NCBI GenBank assembly: GCA_951812955.1 | Contig: OX638340.1 | Coordinates: forward strand, 3,424,001 to 3,488,000 | Length of the DNA stretch: 64,000 nucleotides | Direction of reading: 5' to 3' | Source: an uncultured Gemmatimonadota bacterium | GTDB lineage: Bacteria > JAAXHH01 | In this document: in pieces, positions 30,014-38,923 of the stretch | Numbering within the stretch: the stretch's first letter is position 1 | Layout of the letters: the number at the start of each line of letters is the position of its first letter | Notes under the pieces: generated by a model | The model's input: only the letters and a program-made list of their open reading frames with translations | Database searches by the model: none | What the model was told of the DNA's origin: nothing | Made by a program: the position numbers and the translations under genes

Positions 30014-30781
30014 ATGAATATCCTGATCACCGGCGCCGCGAGCAGGCTGGGACAAGCGGTGGCCGAGGCCCTTCAAGGCCACATGCTTCGCCTCATGGAC
30101 GAGTCGCCCGTCGACCTGCCCGGGGAGGGCGATACCGTCGACGTGCCTGCGGAAAGCGATTCCGTCGAAGGCAGCCTGCTGGACCAGGACTTCGTATGGC
30201 GGGCGGTCCGCGGCATGGAAGCCGTCATCCACACGGGCGAGCCTCCTCAGGACCTTCCCGAGTCCGACGTGGAGCGCGAGAAGCACCTCCTGGAACTGGC
30301 TACGAGGGGCACCCACCAGCTCTTCAAGGCCGCTGTGGAGGTCGGCGTCAAGCGCTTCGTCTACGGCGGAACCCTCGACCTCTTCCGGCCCTATCCCGAC
30401 GATGTTTACATCAGCGAGCTTTGGAAGCCGCTGCCCGAACCGGACATGCCGGCCATGTCCCGCTATCTGGGAGAGCACACCGCCCGGGAATTCGCCCGGG
30501 ACTACATGGTGACGGTCACGGGGCTTCGTCTGGGGACGCTGGTCTGCGAGGAGGAAGTCGCCGGCCAGGCGCCCGACCTGCTGTGGCTGGACTACCGCGA
30601 CGCCGCCCAGGCCTTCAAACTGGCCCTGGAGCGCGACGCCTCGGACCAGGTATGGTGGACGAGCCGTTACGCCATTTACCACGTCTGCGCCGACCTGGAG
30701 AATCCGAAATACCTCATCAACCAGGCCCGCAACCTCGGCTACGCGCCGGTCCACAACTTCGCCGCAAACTGGAAGGACTGA
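30014..30781 (+). CDS. NAD-dependent epimerase/dehydratase-like SDR
   Basis: MNILITGAASRLGQAVAEAL Rossmann start. 255 aa. Confidence 0.7.
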   Translation: MNILITGAASRLGQAVAEALQGHMLRLMDESPVDLPGEGDTVDVPAESDSVEGSLLDQDFVWRAVRGMEAVIHTGEPPQDLPESDVEREKHLLELATRGTHQLFKAAVEVGVKRFVYGGTLDLFRPYPDDVYISELWKPLPEPDMPAMSRYLGEHTAREFARDYMVTVTGLRLGTLVCEEEVAGQAPDLLWLDYRDAAQAFKLALERDASDQVWWTSRYAIYHVCADLENPKYLINQARNLGYAPVHNFAANWKD

Positions 30782-30906
30782 GGCGCGGCAACGGAAATGA
30801 AATCCCGGAGCGGCCATGGCCTGCCGGTCGTTGTAACCGGCCGTAGTAAACGGTAGTTGCACCGGCCGCGCTAGTCCGGCGTTTCAACAATCGTGAGGAG
30901 ACGTAC

Positions 30907-31629
30907 TTGAAGAAAATCCTGCTGCTTGGCGCGTCCGGACTCATCGCGCCACATATCATCCCTGTGCTTGAGAAGGATTACGACCTGCGGCTGGCCGACA
31001 TCAAGGACCATCCGGACGGAAAACCGATCCAAACCGTGGACGTGCGCGACTACGGCCAGGTGCGTGAGGCCGTGGAGGGCATGGACGCGGTCATGAATTT
31101 CACGGTCCTGCGCCATGACGACACGCTCAGTTTTCAGGTCAATACCATCGGGGCGTGGAACGTCATGAAAGCGGTGGCCGACGCCGGCATCAAGAAAGTG
31201 ATCCATACCGGTCCAGCCCAGACGCTCCTGTTGTATGCCCATGATATGGACGTCCCGGTCGACGCTCCCGACGCGCCGTCCAGCGACTACTACTTCATCA
31301 CCAAGCATCTTTCAAACGAGATCGTCCGGAGCTTCGCCCGGCGGCACGAAATCCACACGGTCTGCTACCTGTTCCAGGGCCTGGCGCCCCGGCCGACTGA
31401 ACCCGCCAGCAAAACGTCGACCCGGGACTTCCTCATCATCTATGACGACCTGGCCGTGGCCTGCCGCCAGGGACTCGAACTCCCTTCGGTGCCCGGCTTC
31501 TACCAGGCGTTCAACCTGCACAGCCATTACGGGCCGGGCAAGTACAACCTGGAAAAGGCAGAGCGCATCCTGGGATACGCCCCGCAGGAGGCCTGGTGGG
31601 ATTGGCAGCGGAGGCCGACGGAAGATTGA
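30907..31629 (+). CDS. NAD-dependent epimerase/dehydratase-like SDR (paralog of the preceding gene)
   Basis: TTG start after GAGGAG RBS. KKILLLGASGLIAPHIIPVL Rossmann motif. Overall similarity to the 30014 product. Confidence 0.65.
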   Translation: MKKILLLGASGLIAPHIIPVLEKDYDLRLADIKDHPDGKPIQTVDVRDYGQVREAVEGMDAVMNFTVLRHDDTLSFQVNTIGAWNVMKAVADAGIKKVIHTGPAQTLLLYAHDMDVPVDAPDAPSSDYYFITKHLSNEIVRSFARRHEIHTVCYLFQGLAPRPTEPASKTSTRDFLIIYDDLAVACRQGLELPSVPGFYQAFNLHSHYGPGKYNLEKAERILGYAPQEAWWDWQRRPTED

Positions 31630-31756
31630 GGTTGGTGGACCTGGCAGCGGCGGCCAGTGGATCAGCGGACGCAGGATTCGGTTGTTTTAAGTAGCGTGGG
31701 GACGGGAACAGGTATTAAGGAGTTGACCAACGACGGGTAATTATGCAGTGTCTATT

Positions 31757-31984
31757 TCATCCAACGTTCGACACCGAACTCAGGCCTCTCAAGAACCAAC
31801 CTGCCAGAACACCGACGATAGCAATGATGATCTTAAGTACATGATCCACTGTTCTCTCTCGACGACGTACACCTTCTTCCAATCGTCCAATTGATCGACC
31901 TATTTCCAGGATGCCCGTATCAAAAGAAGAGCTATGTGACCGTTGTGCTAATTGTTCAAGTATTCCTCTGATATCCTGACTCAC
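31757..31984 (-). CDS. hypothetical small protein with C-terminal transmembrane helix (second gene of the cassette)
   Basis: 75 aa. GTG start overlapping the upstream stop. C-terminal LKIIIAIVGVLAGWFL helix. Confidence 0.35.
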   Translation of the reverse strand: MSQDIRGILEQLAQRSHSSSFDTGILEIGRSIGRLEEGVRRRERTVDHVLKIIIAIVGVLAGWFLRGLSSVSNVG

Positions 31985-32250
31985 CCTACAGCTCCTGGAG
32001 AACGAATATAGGCTTGTTCACAAATCTGTTCGGGAGAGTCCAGAACGATGAAGTAGACCTGTTCGTGTAGCCCTTTTCCTGTCGTTTTCCTGACCTGTTG
32101 CTCAGCTTCTTGGAATATACGTTTGACATCAATTTGTATCGGCTCCAAGTTGGGCAAATACACGACAATAGCCGGATACTCATTTCCATCTCGGAATAAG
32201 GTCTTGACCTTGTACTCATATCCTTGTGAGGTCTCTGTTAGTTGTGTCAT
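31981..32250 (-). CDS. hypothetical protein (first gene of a low-GC two-gene cassette)
   Basis: 89 aa, no recognisable domain. Lies in a conspicuously AT-rich island (31690-32440). Its stop overlaps the start of the next ORF (GTGA). Confidence 0.4.
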   Translation of the reverse strand: MTQLTETSQGYEYKVKTLFRDGNEYPAIVVYLPNLEPIQIDVKRIFQEAEQQVRKTTGKGLHEQVYFIVLDSPEQICEQAYIRSPGAVG

Positions 32251-32446
32251 ATCAACCTCTCACCGATCTTCGATACGTGTTTTAAAACTTCCCGGTCGCG
32301 TTCCCAAATAGTCGAGATAAACCGGAAAATCTCGGACTGTTTTTATAGATGAAAGACATTATGAATTACAAGACAAATGAAATCGTTTGCAAAAGGATGC
32401 CAATTTAGTAACAAAATCACTCCCACCTGACAAGGAGATTCGTTAA

Positions 32447-33517
32447 ATGCCCAGTACCGCCCGTACCGTACGCGTGTTCGTCGGAACCTATACCCAGACC
32501 ACCAGCAAGGGTATCTACGTATATGACGTCGATACCGCCACCGGCGTCATGGAATACGTCAGCCACGTGGAAGGCATCACGAATCCGTCCTTCCTGACCC
32601 TGACGCCCGACGCCCGCTTCCTCTACGCCGTCGGCGAGACGGGCGATCCCCACGGCGGCGTCTTCGCCTATGCCGTGGACGCGTCGGGTTCGCTGACGCC
32701 CCTGAACAACCAGTCCTCCGGGGGATCCGGCCCCTGTTCCATCGACGTGCACCGCAGCGGAAAGGCCGTGCTCGTGGCCAACTACGGCGGCGGGTCCGTA
32801 TCCTCCTTTCCCGTGAACGATGACGGATCCCTGGGCGAGGCGGCATCGGTGATACAGCACACTGGCTCGAGCGTCGACCAGAGCCGCCAGAAGGAACCCC
32901 ATGCACACATGATCCGCCACGACCTGGATTACAACTTCGTATTCTCGCCGGACCTGGGTACCGACAAGGTGATGATCTACGTCCTCGATTCGGACACGGC
33001 CGTGCTGACCCCCCACGGGGAGGCTTCCGTACCGCCCGGATCCGGACCCCGGCACATCGAGTTTCATCCCAATCGCAGGTTCGCTTACGTAATCAACGAG
33101 ATGGGCAACACGATCACGGCCTTCGCCTATGACGGATCGGCCGGTACGCTCACCGCGATGGAATCGGTGACGACGCTTCCAGACGGTTATGACGAGGTCA
33201 GCCACACGGCGGACATCCATATCACCGACGACGGCCGGTACCTATACGGCTCCAACCGGGGTCACGACAGCCTCGCCATGTACGCCGTCGACGGGGATTC
33301 GGGCCGCCTGACGCCCCTCGGCATCGTGCCCACGGGCGGCGAAAACCCGCGCAACTTCGGGATCGATCCGACCGGCAGCTTCGTACTCGTCGGCAACCAG
33401 AGCTCGGATACGGTCACCTACCACCGTCTCGACCCGGACACGGGTCTTCTCCATCTCTCGGGCATCGTGGCCGAAATCCCCATGTCGGTGTGCCTGAAGA
33501 TGATTGTGGTGGACTGA
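32447..33517 (+). CDS. 7-bladed beta-propeller lactonase (6-phosphogluconolactonase / 3-carboxymuconate-cyclase-like)
   Basis: VRVFVGTYTQTTSKGIYVYDVD... and repeated blade pattern of Lactonase_7bladed (PF10282). Confidence 0.8.
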   Translation: MPSTARTVRVFVGTYTQTTSKGIYVYDVDTATGVMEYVSHVEGITNPSFLTLTPDARFLYAVGETGDPHGGVFAYAVDASGSLTPLNNQSSGGSGPCSIDVHRSGKAVLVANYGGGSVSSFPVNDDGSLGEAASVIQHTGSSVDQSRQKEPHAHMIRHDLDYNFVFSPDLGTDKVMIYVLDSDTAVLTPHGEASVPPGSGPRHIEFHPNRRFAYVINEMGNTITAFAYDGSAGTLTAMESVTTLPDGYDEVSHTADIHITDDGRYLYGSNRGHDSLAMYAVDGDSGRLTPLGIVPTGGENPRNFGIDPTGSFVLVGNQSSDTVTYHRLDPDTGLLHLSGIVAEIPMSVCLKMIVVD

Positions 33518-33700
33518 ACCCGGCCGATGTGCGCGCAACGCCGAAACCCAGAGTCCGGCAATCCGGACCTCGCCCGCCCGGACGCGTCCCCCCAGGACGC
33601 CTCCCGACAGGACCCCGCCCGCCCGGGCGCCTCCCCCCCTGACCCCGCGCGGCAGGACCGGGCCTGGTGGGAGTTCGTCGACCGGTCGCGGCGCGAGTCC

Positions 33701-35848
33701 ATGCCCTTCGAGGCCCACCTGGCGGCTTTCAGGCGCATATTCGAAGGGCGCCGGCCGGAGGACGGGCCGCCCGTGGTCTGGGCGCCCGACGAATCGGTAC
33801 GCCGCCGGTCCAATCTCCAGGCGAGCATGGCAGCCGTGGGCATCGACGAGTATGACGATTTCCACGCATGGTCCGTCCGCGACCGCACCGCCTTCTGGAC
33901 CCACACCCTCGAACGGCTCGGGATCGTATTCACGAAACCTCCGGACGCCATTCTGGACACGGGTGGAAGCGTCCGGGACCCCCGGTGGCTGCCGGGCGCG
34001 GAACTCAACATCGTCGACAGCTGCTTCACCGCGGATCCCGCCCGTCCCGCGGTCGTCACGCCCGGTCCGGACGGCCAGCCGCTTGTCAGGACATCCTACG
34101 GCGAACTGGAAGGCCTCGTCAACCGCGTCGCCAACGGCCTGCGCGACCGGAACCTGGCGCCCGGTCAGGCCATCGCGCTCTACATGCCGCTGAACCTGGA
34201 ATGCGTGATCGCCTACCTGGCCATCATCCGCGCGGGTTCGCACGTTGTCTCCATCGCCGACAGCTTCCCGGTATCGGAGGTCCGGCGTCGCATGGCCATT
34301 GCCGGCGCGAGCTGTGCGGTCACCATGGACCGGTACGTCCGCTCGGGCAAGACCATACCGCTCTACGACACGGTCGCCGAGGCGGGCGCGTCCACGATCA
34401 TCGTCGTGCCGTCCGGCGGCGCCACACCAGTGGACGATGTCCTGTCTCCAGGTTGCGCCGCGAAATCGGGCGATGTGCCGCCACCGGGCGCTGACGATTC
34501 CGCGGCCACATCAGATTCGTCCCGGCACCACCCCGCCGACGCTTCCACTGCCGCATCGAACGCGCCCCGACTCCGTCCGGGCGACATCGCCTGGTCCGAC
34601 CTCCTCTCCTCTGAAGACGTCTTTGAATCAGTGACGGGCGACCCCTATCGCACGACCAATATCCTGTTCTCCTCGGGAACCACCGGCGAGCCGAAGGCCA
34701 TTCCGTGGAACCATCTGACCCCCATCAAGAGCGCCATGGACGGATACTACCACCAGGACGTCCACGGGGACGACGTCACAACCTGGCCGACCAACATCGG
34801 CTGGATGATGGGGCCGTGGCTCATCTACGCCACCCTGATCAACGGCGCGTGTATGGCCCTGTATCCGGGCGCTGCCAATACCGCCGAATACCTCCGGTTC
34901 CTCCGGCGCGCCGGGGTTACCATGCAGGGCGTCATTCCCTCCCTGGTGCGGACCTGGAGGCGCGGCGGCGCGGCCGAGAACATCGACTGGCCGTCCATCC
35001 GCGTATTCAGTTCAACGGGTGAGCCCGCCAGCCGGGCCGACTACCTGTGGCTCATGAGCCGGGCCGGTTACCGGGCGCCCGTGATCGAATACCTCGGCGG
35101 CACCGAGATAGGGGGCGGCCACCTGGCCTGCACGGTGTTGCAACCTTGCTCACCCGCGGTATTTACCACGGCGAACCTGGGTGTGGATTTCGCTATCCTG
35201 GACGAGACCGGCGCGGAGGTCGGAGAGGACGGTACGGGCGAACTCTTCCTTATGCCCCCCGCATTGGGCATGTCTCAGCGGCTGCTCAACGGAGACCACG
35301 ACGCAGTCTATTACGAAGGCTGTCCGGCCGGACCTGAAGGCAGAATACTGCGTAGGCACGGGGACAATACGCAGAGACTTCACCAGGGTCGTTTCCGGGC
35401 CCAGGGAAGGGCGGACGACGGAATGAACCTGGGCGGCATCAAGATCAGCCCCCTTGAACTGGAACGGATCGTGGACGGACACCCCGCGGTCTACGAGAGC
35501 GCGGCCGTAGCGGTGCAGCCCGAGGGGGAAGGGGCGGAAAGGCTCGTCGTTTTCGTCGTTCAAGAAGGCGGAGACGGCCCCGCAAGTTTTCGAGCAGATG
35601 CCAGGGCGGGTTCATCGCCGATTAGCCAGGCCGACACATCCCCTGCCGTCCCAACCGATTCACATGCCGGCCTTGATCACGATCTCGACCCCAATGCGCT
35701 TAAGTCGGAACTCCAGGACATGGTCTCCTCCGGACTGAACCCGTTGTTCAAAATCTACCACGTCATCGTAGTGGACGAACTCCCCCATACCGCTTCAGGC
35801 AAGCTGGTCCGCCGTATTCTGAGAGATCGGATGAAGTCAGGCGACTAG
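33701..35848 (+). CDS. AMP-dependent synthetase/ligase (acyl- or acetyl-CoA synthetase-like)
   Basis: AMP-binding motifs ILFSSGTTGEPKAI, YGGTEIGGG, and C-terminal GKLVRRIL. Start taken at MPFEAHL (33701). An in-frame upstream ATG at 33527 would add a Pro/Asp-rich repeat extension. A low-complexity insert sits near the C-terminus. Confidence 0.7.
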   Translation: MPFEAHLAAFRRIFEGRRPEDGPPVVWAPDESVRRRSNLQASMAAVGIDEYDDFHAWSVRDRTAFWTHTLERLGIVFTKPPDAILDTGGSVRDPRWLPGAELNIVDSCFTADPARPAVVTPGPDGQPLVRTSYGELEGLVNRVANGLRDRNLAPGQAIALYMPLNLECVIAYLAIIRAGSHVVSIADSFPVSEVRRRMAIAGASCAVTMDRYVRSGKTIPLYDTVAEAGASTIIVVPSGGATPVDDVLSPGCAAKSGDVPPPGADDSAATSDSSRHHPADASTAASNAPRLRPGDIAWSDLLSSEDVFESVTGDPYRTTNILFSSGTTGEPKAIPWNHLTPIKSAMDGYYHQDVHGDDVTTWPTNIGWMMGPWLIYATLINGACMALYPGAANTAEYLRFLRRAGVTMQGVIPSLVRTWRRGGAAENIDWPSIRVFSSTGEPASRADYLWLMSRAGYRAPVIEYLGGTEIGGGHLACTVLQPCSPAVFTTANLGVDFAILDETGAEVGEDGTGELFLMPPALGMSQRLLNGDHDAVYYEGCPAGPEGRILRRHGDNTQRLHQGRFRAQGRADDGMNLGGIKISPLELERIVDGHPAVYESAAVAVQPEGEGAERLVVFVVQEGGDGPASFRADARAGSSPISQADTSPAVPTDSHAGLDHDLDPNALKSELQDMVSSGLNPLFKIYHVIVVDELPHTASGKLVRRILRDRMKSGD

Positions 35849-35867
35849 GCTTCTGTCGCTCAGCGCT

Positions 35868-35952
35868 GCTCTGCGAGTCAGTTTTAAAACGCTCACTCCC
35901 GTCCTTGCGTCAACGGCTTGACTGCCCCCTCCACGCGTCCGAGCCTTATTCT
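35868..35952. repeat. ~85-bp copy of the 3' end of the small coiled-coil gene family, fused to a ctcgaacttttt promoter-element core
   Basis: gctctgcgagtcag...gctcactcccgtccttgcgtcaacggcttgactgccccctccacgcgtccgagcc aligns nearly base-for-base with 37833-37917 (the 3' coding end of the 37850..38227 minus gene) and partly with 49185-49230. It is followed by ttattctcgaacttttt. Confidence 0.7.
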
Positions 35953-36167
35953 CGAACTTTTTACGAAAACACGAAAAACACCCTTTGACATATACCTTTA
36001 TTTATCAGATATTTCACAATACCTCATGACGGAGTAATCATATCTCCGGAAGTATCCTTCGGTAAAGTAGGTAACACTCTTCCAGCCAACGGCTTTCCCA
36101 TCCTTACTAAAATCGTCAAATGGGCGTGTAGGTATAATCCCACATTGTCCCCTCCGAAAGGATTGTC

Positions 36168-37343
36168 ATGACACGCTTGTGTCTTAGACTCGTGTGCATT
36201 GCGTTACTGCCGGCATCCCTGTTTGTGCTTTCCACCTGCGGCAAGGATAGTTCCACCGCCCCAAGCGCTCCAACACCCCCTGCCCCGGTACCCGCCAGCA
36301 TCGAAATCACACCGGCGTCCGCTACGTTGAACGCCATCGATCAGACCGTTCAGTTGGCCCCAATGGTACTTGACGAGAATGGTGCTGAGATCGCCGATGC
36401 TTCGGTTACGTGGACTAGTGGCGCCGTGGACGTTGCGACGGTTAACGATCAAGGCCTGGTCACGGCGGTCAACAACGGGTCCGCGGTGATCACAGCACAG
36501 TCGGGCAGTCTTTCGGCATCGGCGAGTATCACCGTCTCGCAGGTGCCGGTCCGTATCGTAATCGAGATCCCGACCACGGGCCGGCTCATGCAGACGGACA
36601 CGGGCCAGAACATACTGGTAGCCACGGTACAGGATAGAAACGGACATCCGGTGGCCGGAGCGGAAGTGACATGGTCGAGCAGCGATGAATCCGTAGCGAC
36701 CGTCAGCGATCAAGGAGTGGTAAACGAGGTCTCGAGCGGGAGAACTCAGATCACAGCCCGATCGGGAGACCTGTCAGACTCGGTTAATTATGGTGTCTCG
36801 GCAAGGATTGCACTGGCCAGGTTGTATGAGGCGACAAATGGTCCGGATTGGACACAAAATACGAACTGGTTGACTGATGCACCGGTGGAAGAATGGCACG
36901 GTGTTACGGTCGGCTTGTTTGGACAGCTTACGATACTGAACCTGAACAATAACAACCTGGGTGGTTCGATTCCGATGGATGTGGGACAACTGTGGCCTCT
37001 TGAAGAACTGAATCTGGGATCCAATCGGATATCGGGCGAGATTCCCGCAACGATAGGAAAGCTGGAATATCTCGGCAAACTGAACCTGAGCGACAACCAG
37101 TTGTCAGGTGAGATACCGGCCGAACTTGGTTACCTTGCTAACCTCCGGGGTTTATTCCTACAAGACAATGAATCATTGAGCGGACCTCTGCCTGATTCGT
37201 TTACGAATCTCGAGCTTCAAACCCTGAACCTGGATGGAACAGAGCTTTGCGTGCCGGCCAGCTCGGAGTTCCAGACCTGGATCGAAGGGATTGAAAACGT
37301 AACCGCTTCCCCGTGCCCCAATCCGGAGACGGAAGTCCCCTGA
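36168..37343 (+). CDS. surface lipoprotein: 2x Big_2 (bacterial Ig-like) domains + plant-type LRR module (LRR paralog 1)
   Basis: Lipobox LFVLSTCGKDS. Pro-rich linker. Big_2 motifs (ASATLNAIDQTVQL...VTWTSGAVDVATVNDQGLVTAVNNGSAVITAQSG). LRRNT-like cap (LYEATNGPDWTQNTNWLTDAPVEEWHGVT). LxxLxLxxNxLSGxIPxxLG repeats. Cys-containing C-terminal cap (GTELCVPASSEFQTWIEGIENVTASPCP). Confidence 0.8.
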   Translation: MTRLCLRLVCIALLPASLFVLSTCGKDSSTAPSAPTPPAPVPASIEITPASATLNAIDQTVQLAPMVLDENGAEIADASVTWTSGAVDVATVNDQGLVTAVNNGSAVITAQSGSLSASASITVSQVPVRIVIEIPTTGRLMQTDTGQNILVATVQDRNGHPVAGAEVTWSSSDESVATVSDQGVVNEVSSGRTQITARSGDLSDSVNYGVSARIALARLYEATNGPDWTQNTNWLTDAPVEEWHGVTVGLFGQLTILNLNNNNLGGSIPMDVGQLWPLEELNLGSNRISGEIPATIGKLEYLGKLNLSDNQLSGEIPAELGYLANLRGLFLQDNESLSGPLPDSFTNLELQTLNLDGTELCVPASSEFQTWIEGIENVTASPCPNPETEVP

Positions 37344-37544
37344 CGGCACCTTACATTGTGGTCTGAGCTGGTTTTCCGAGTGAATTGAAGCGGGATACAC
37401 CGCGCACAAGCCGTTATTCATAGCGTACATCCTAGTAGTTACGGCAGTGAAAAGAACACAGACGGCGGCAAGCGCCTGGATGAATACGATCTGTTTCCGA
37501 ACACTCGAACTTCTCGCGACAATTAGATCTGCTCTTGCCCGTTG

Positions 37545-37790
37545 TTACTGCGTGTGCTCTCCGTGAACGCCGGCCGGGTGTTGACCTTTGACGTCCTGAT
37601 CTCCCAGGGTCTGGGGAGAATATGGCTACGCCAACCACAAACTGGTGCGCAGCCTGATTAAATCGCTCCGCCGCAAGATCGGTGACGACGCGCGCACTCC
37701 GGACTACATCCTCAACGTGCGCGGGGTCGGGTACCGAATGGCCCGGTCCGTGGAACTCAATGTGGAAACTCTAGCGCGGGATATCCCTGC
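37545..37790 (+). pseudogene. remnant of the C-terminal (OmpR-type wHTH) end of a paralogous all-in-one histidine-kinase regulator
   Basis: DNA aligns with 48556-48790 of the intact paralog (LRVLSVNAGRV..., ...LRRKIGDDARTPDYILNVRGVGYRMARSVELNVE) but carries a 2-nt deletion/frameshift and lacks everything upstream. Preceded at ~37440-37500 by a minus-strand fragment of the coiled-coil gene N-terminus. Confidence 0.6.
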
Positions 37791-37849
37791 GGTTTAATGC
37801 ACCTGGTGCGGATGACCTCGCTCCGCTCTGCAGATCAGGTCCATAAGGC

Positions 37850-38227
37850 TCACTCCCGGCCTTCCGTCAACGCCCTGACCTCCCCCTCCACGCGTCCAAG
37901 CCGCTTGTTCATTGCATGTATTTCCACCTGGATGGCTGCATGCTCTTCGCGCATCTCTTCTCTGATGGCGGCGTGCTCTTCGCGCATCTCTTCACGCATT
38001 GAGGTGTGCTCTTCGCGCATCTCTTCTCTGATGGCGGCGTGCTCTTCACGCATCGCATTTCTGAACGATAGGAATTGCTCCTGCATTTCCGTCCGAAACG
38101 ACCGGAATTCCTCTCGCATTTCGATGCGCAGTTCGCTGGTGGGTTGCCTGGTCCAGGTGATTACAGCAAAAACGAGGATGCCGACGGCCGCCAGCGCCTG
38201 GATGAATACGATCAGTTTCTGATACAT
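37850..38227 (-). CDS. small membrane-anchored coiled-coil protein with 33-bp in-frame repeats (EEMREEHAAIR x4), DUF1640-like
   Basis: 125 aa. N-terminal TM (LIVFIQALAAVGILVFAVI). Tandem heptad repeats. C-terminal HAMNKRLGRVEGEV resembles the FTRMDKRFDTLEKKV of the 48848 ORF. Confidence 0.5.
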   Translation of the reverse strand: MYQKLIVFIQALAAVGILVFAVITWTRQPTSELRIEMREEFRSFRTEMQEQFLSFRNAMREEHAAIREEMREEHTSMREEMREEHAAIREEMREEHAAIQVEIHAMNKRLGRVEGEVRALTEGRE

Positions 38228-38400
38228 TCCGTTCCTCTCTACCGTTCCTCTTTATCGTACCTCTCTACCGTTCCTCTTTATCGTTCCTCGTCCACAGTTC
38301 AGTACGATTGAAGAAACCGGATCACACCCCGTACGCCGCATCCGATACACCGCATCTCATACGCCGTATTCCGTACACCGCAACCCCTACCGCCTCCCAT

Positions 38401-38735
38401 GCGACGTGTCTGTTATAAGTAACAGTCGGAGTCTAATTGGAATTCTCGAACTTTTTCTTATGATAAATCGATTTTCAAACACCAATTCTTCACTTACGAC
38501 ATGTCTGCTAATAGCAATAGTCAGCTTCCAATCAGGAACATCAAAATTTCCTGACATATTTCGATTGTCACTTATTCTTCACCTACGACGTGTCTGTTAT
38601 TAGTAACAGTCGGGGATCATTCATATATCTAGAACTATGTTTATTGTAATACGACTTTTACATGATTACATTGCCAATGACGTGTATGTTATTTATACGG
38701 AGTCCAATCGGAAATCTCGAGTTTTTCTGCAATAA
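38401..38735. repeat. cluster of 4 copies (2 well conserved, 2 degenerate) of a dispersed ~55-100-bp AT-rich element (consensus acgacgtgtCTGTtattagtaACAGtcggagtccaatcggaatctcgaactttttt)
   Basis: Copies start at about 38401, 38487 (degenerate), 38583 and 38676. The copies at 38410-38425 and 38595-38610 contain perfect CTGT-N8-ACAG palindromes. The cluster lies in the divergent region between the coiled-coil gene and LRR paralog 2. Confidence 0.7.
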
Positions 38736-38923
38736 TAATAAGAAGTACTTTTGTCTCATTCCTTCATCCATTGAACAATGCGCAAAACACCTTGTTAGTA
38801 CAAACACAACCATCGAAACAACTTAAATAAATCAGGTATCACCCTCCTGGCCTTCAGTTTACCCGTTTTTACTTAAAATCAAAGAGTGGGTAATTGTCTT
38901 TTTCCCCTTCCCGAAGGATTGTC

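Noticed and set aside
38410-38425. Interpreting CTGT-N8-ACAG palindromes as genuine LexA SOS boxes
   Set aside because: This is not excluded, but the organism is unlikely to be a gammaproteobacterium, and most copies of the element have degenerate palindromes. I report it only as a palindromic core of the repeat family.
38894-38923. Upstream starts for LRR paralogs 2 and 3 (38894, 43907)
   Set aside because: Both are TTG codons chosen by the ORF caller. All three paralogs share the context aaggattgtcATGACA, which gives homologous signal peptides starting MT(R/S)...
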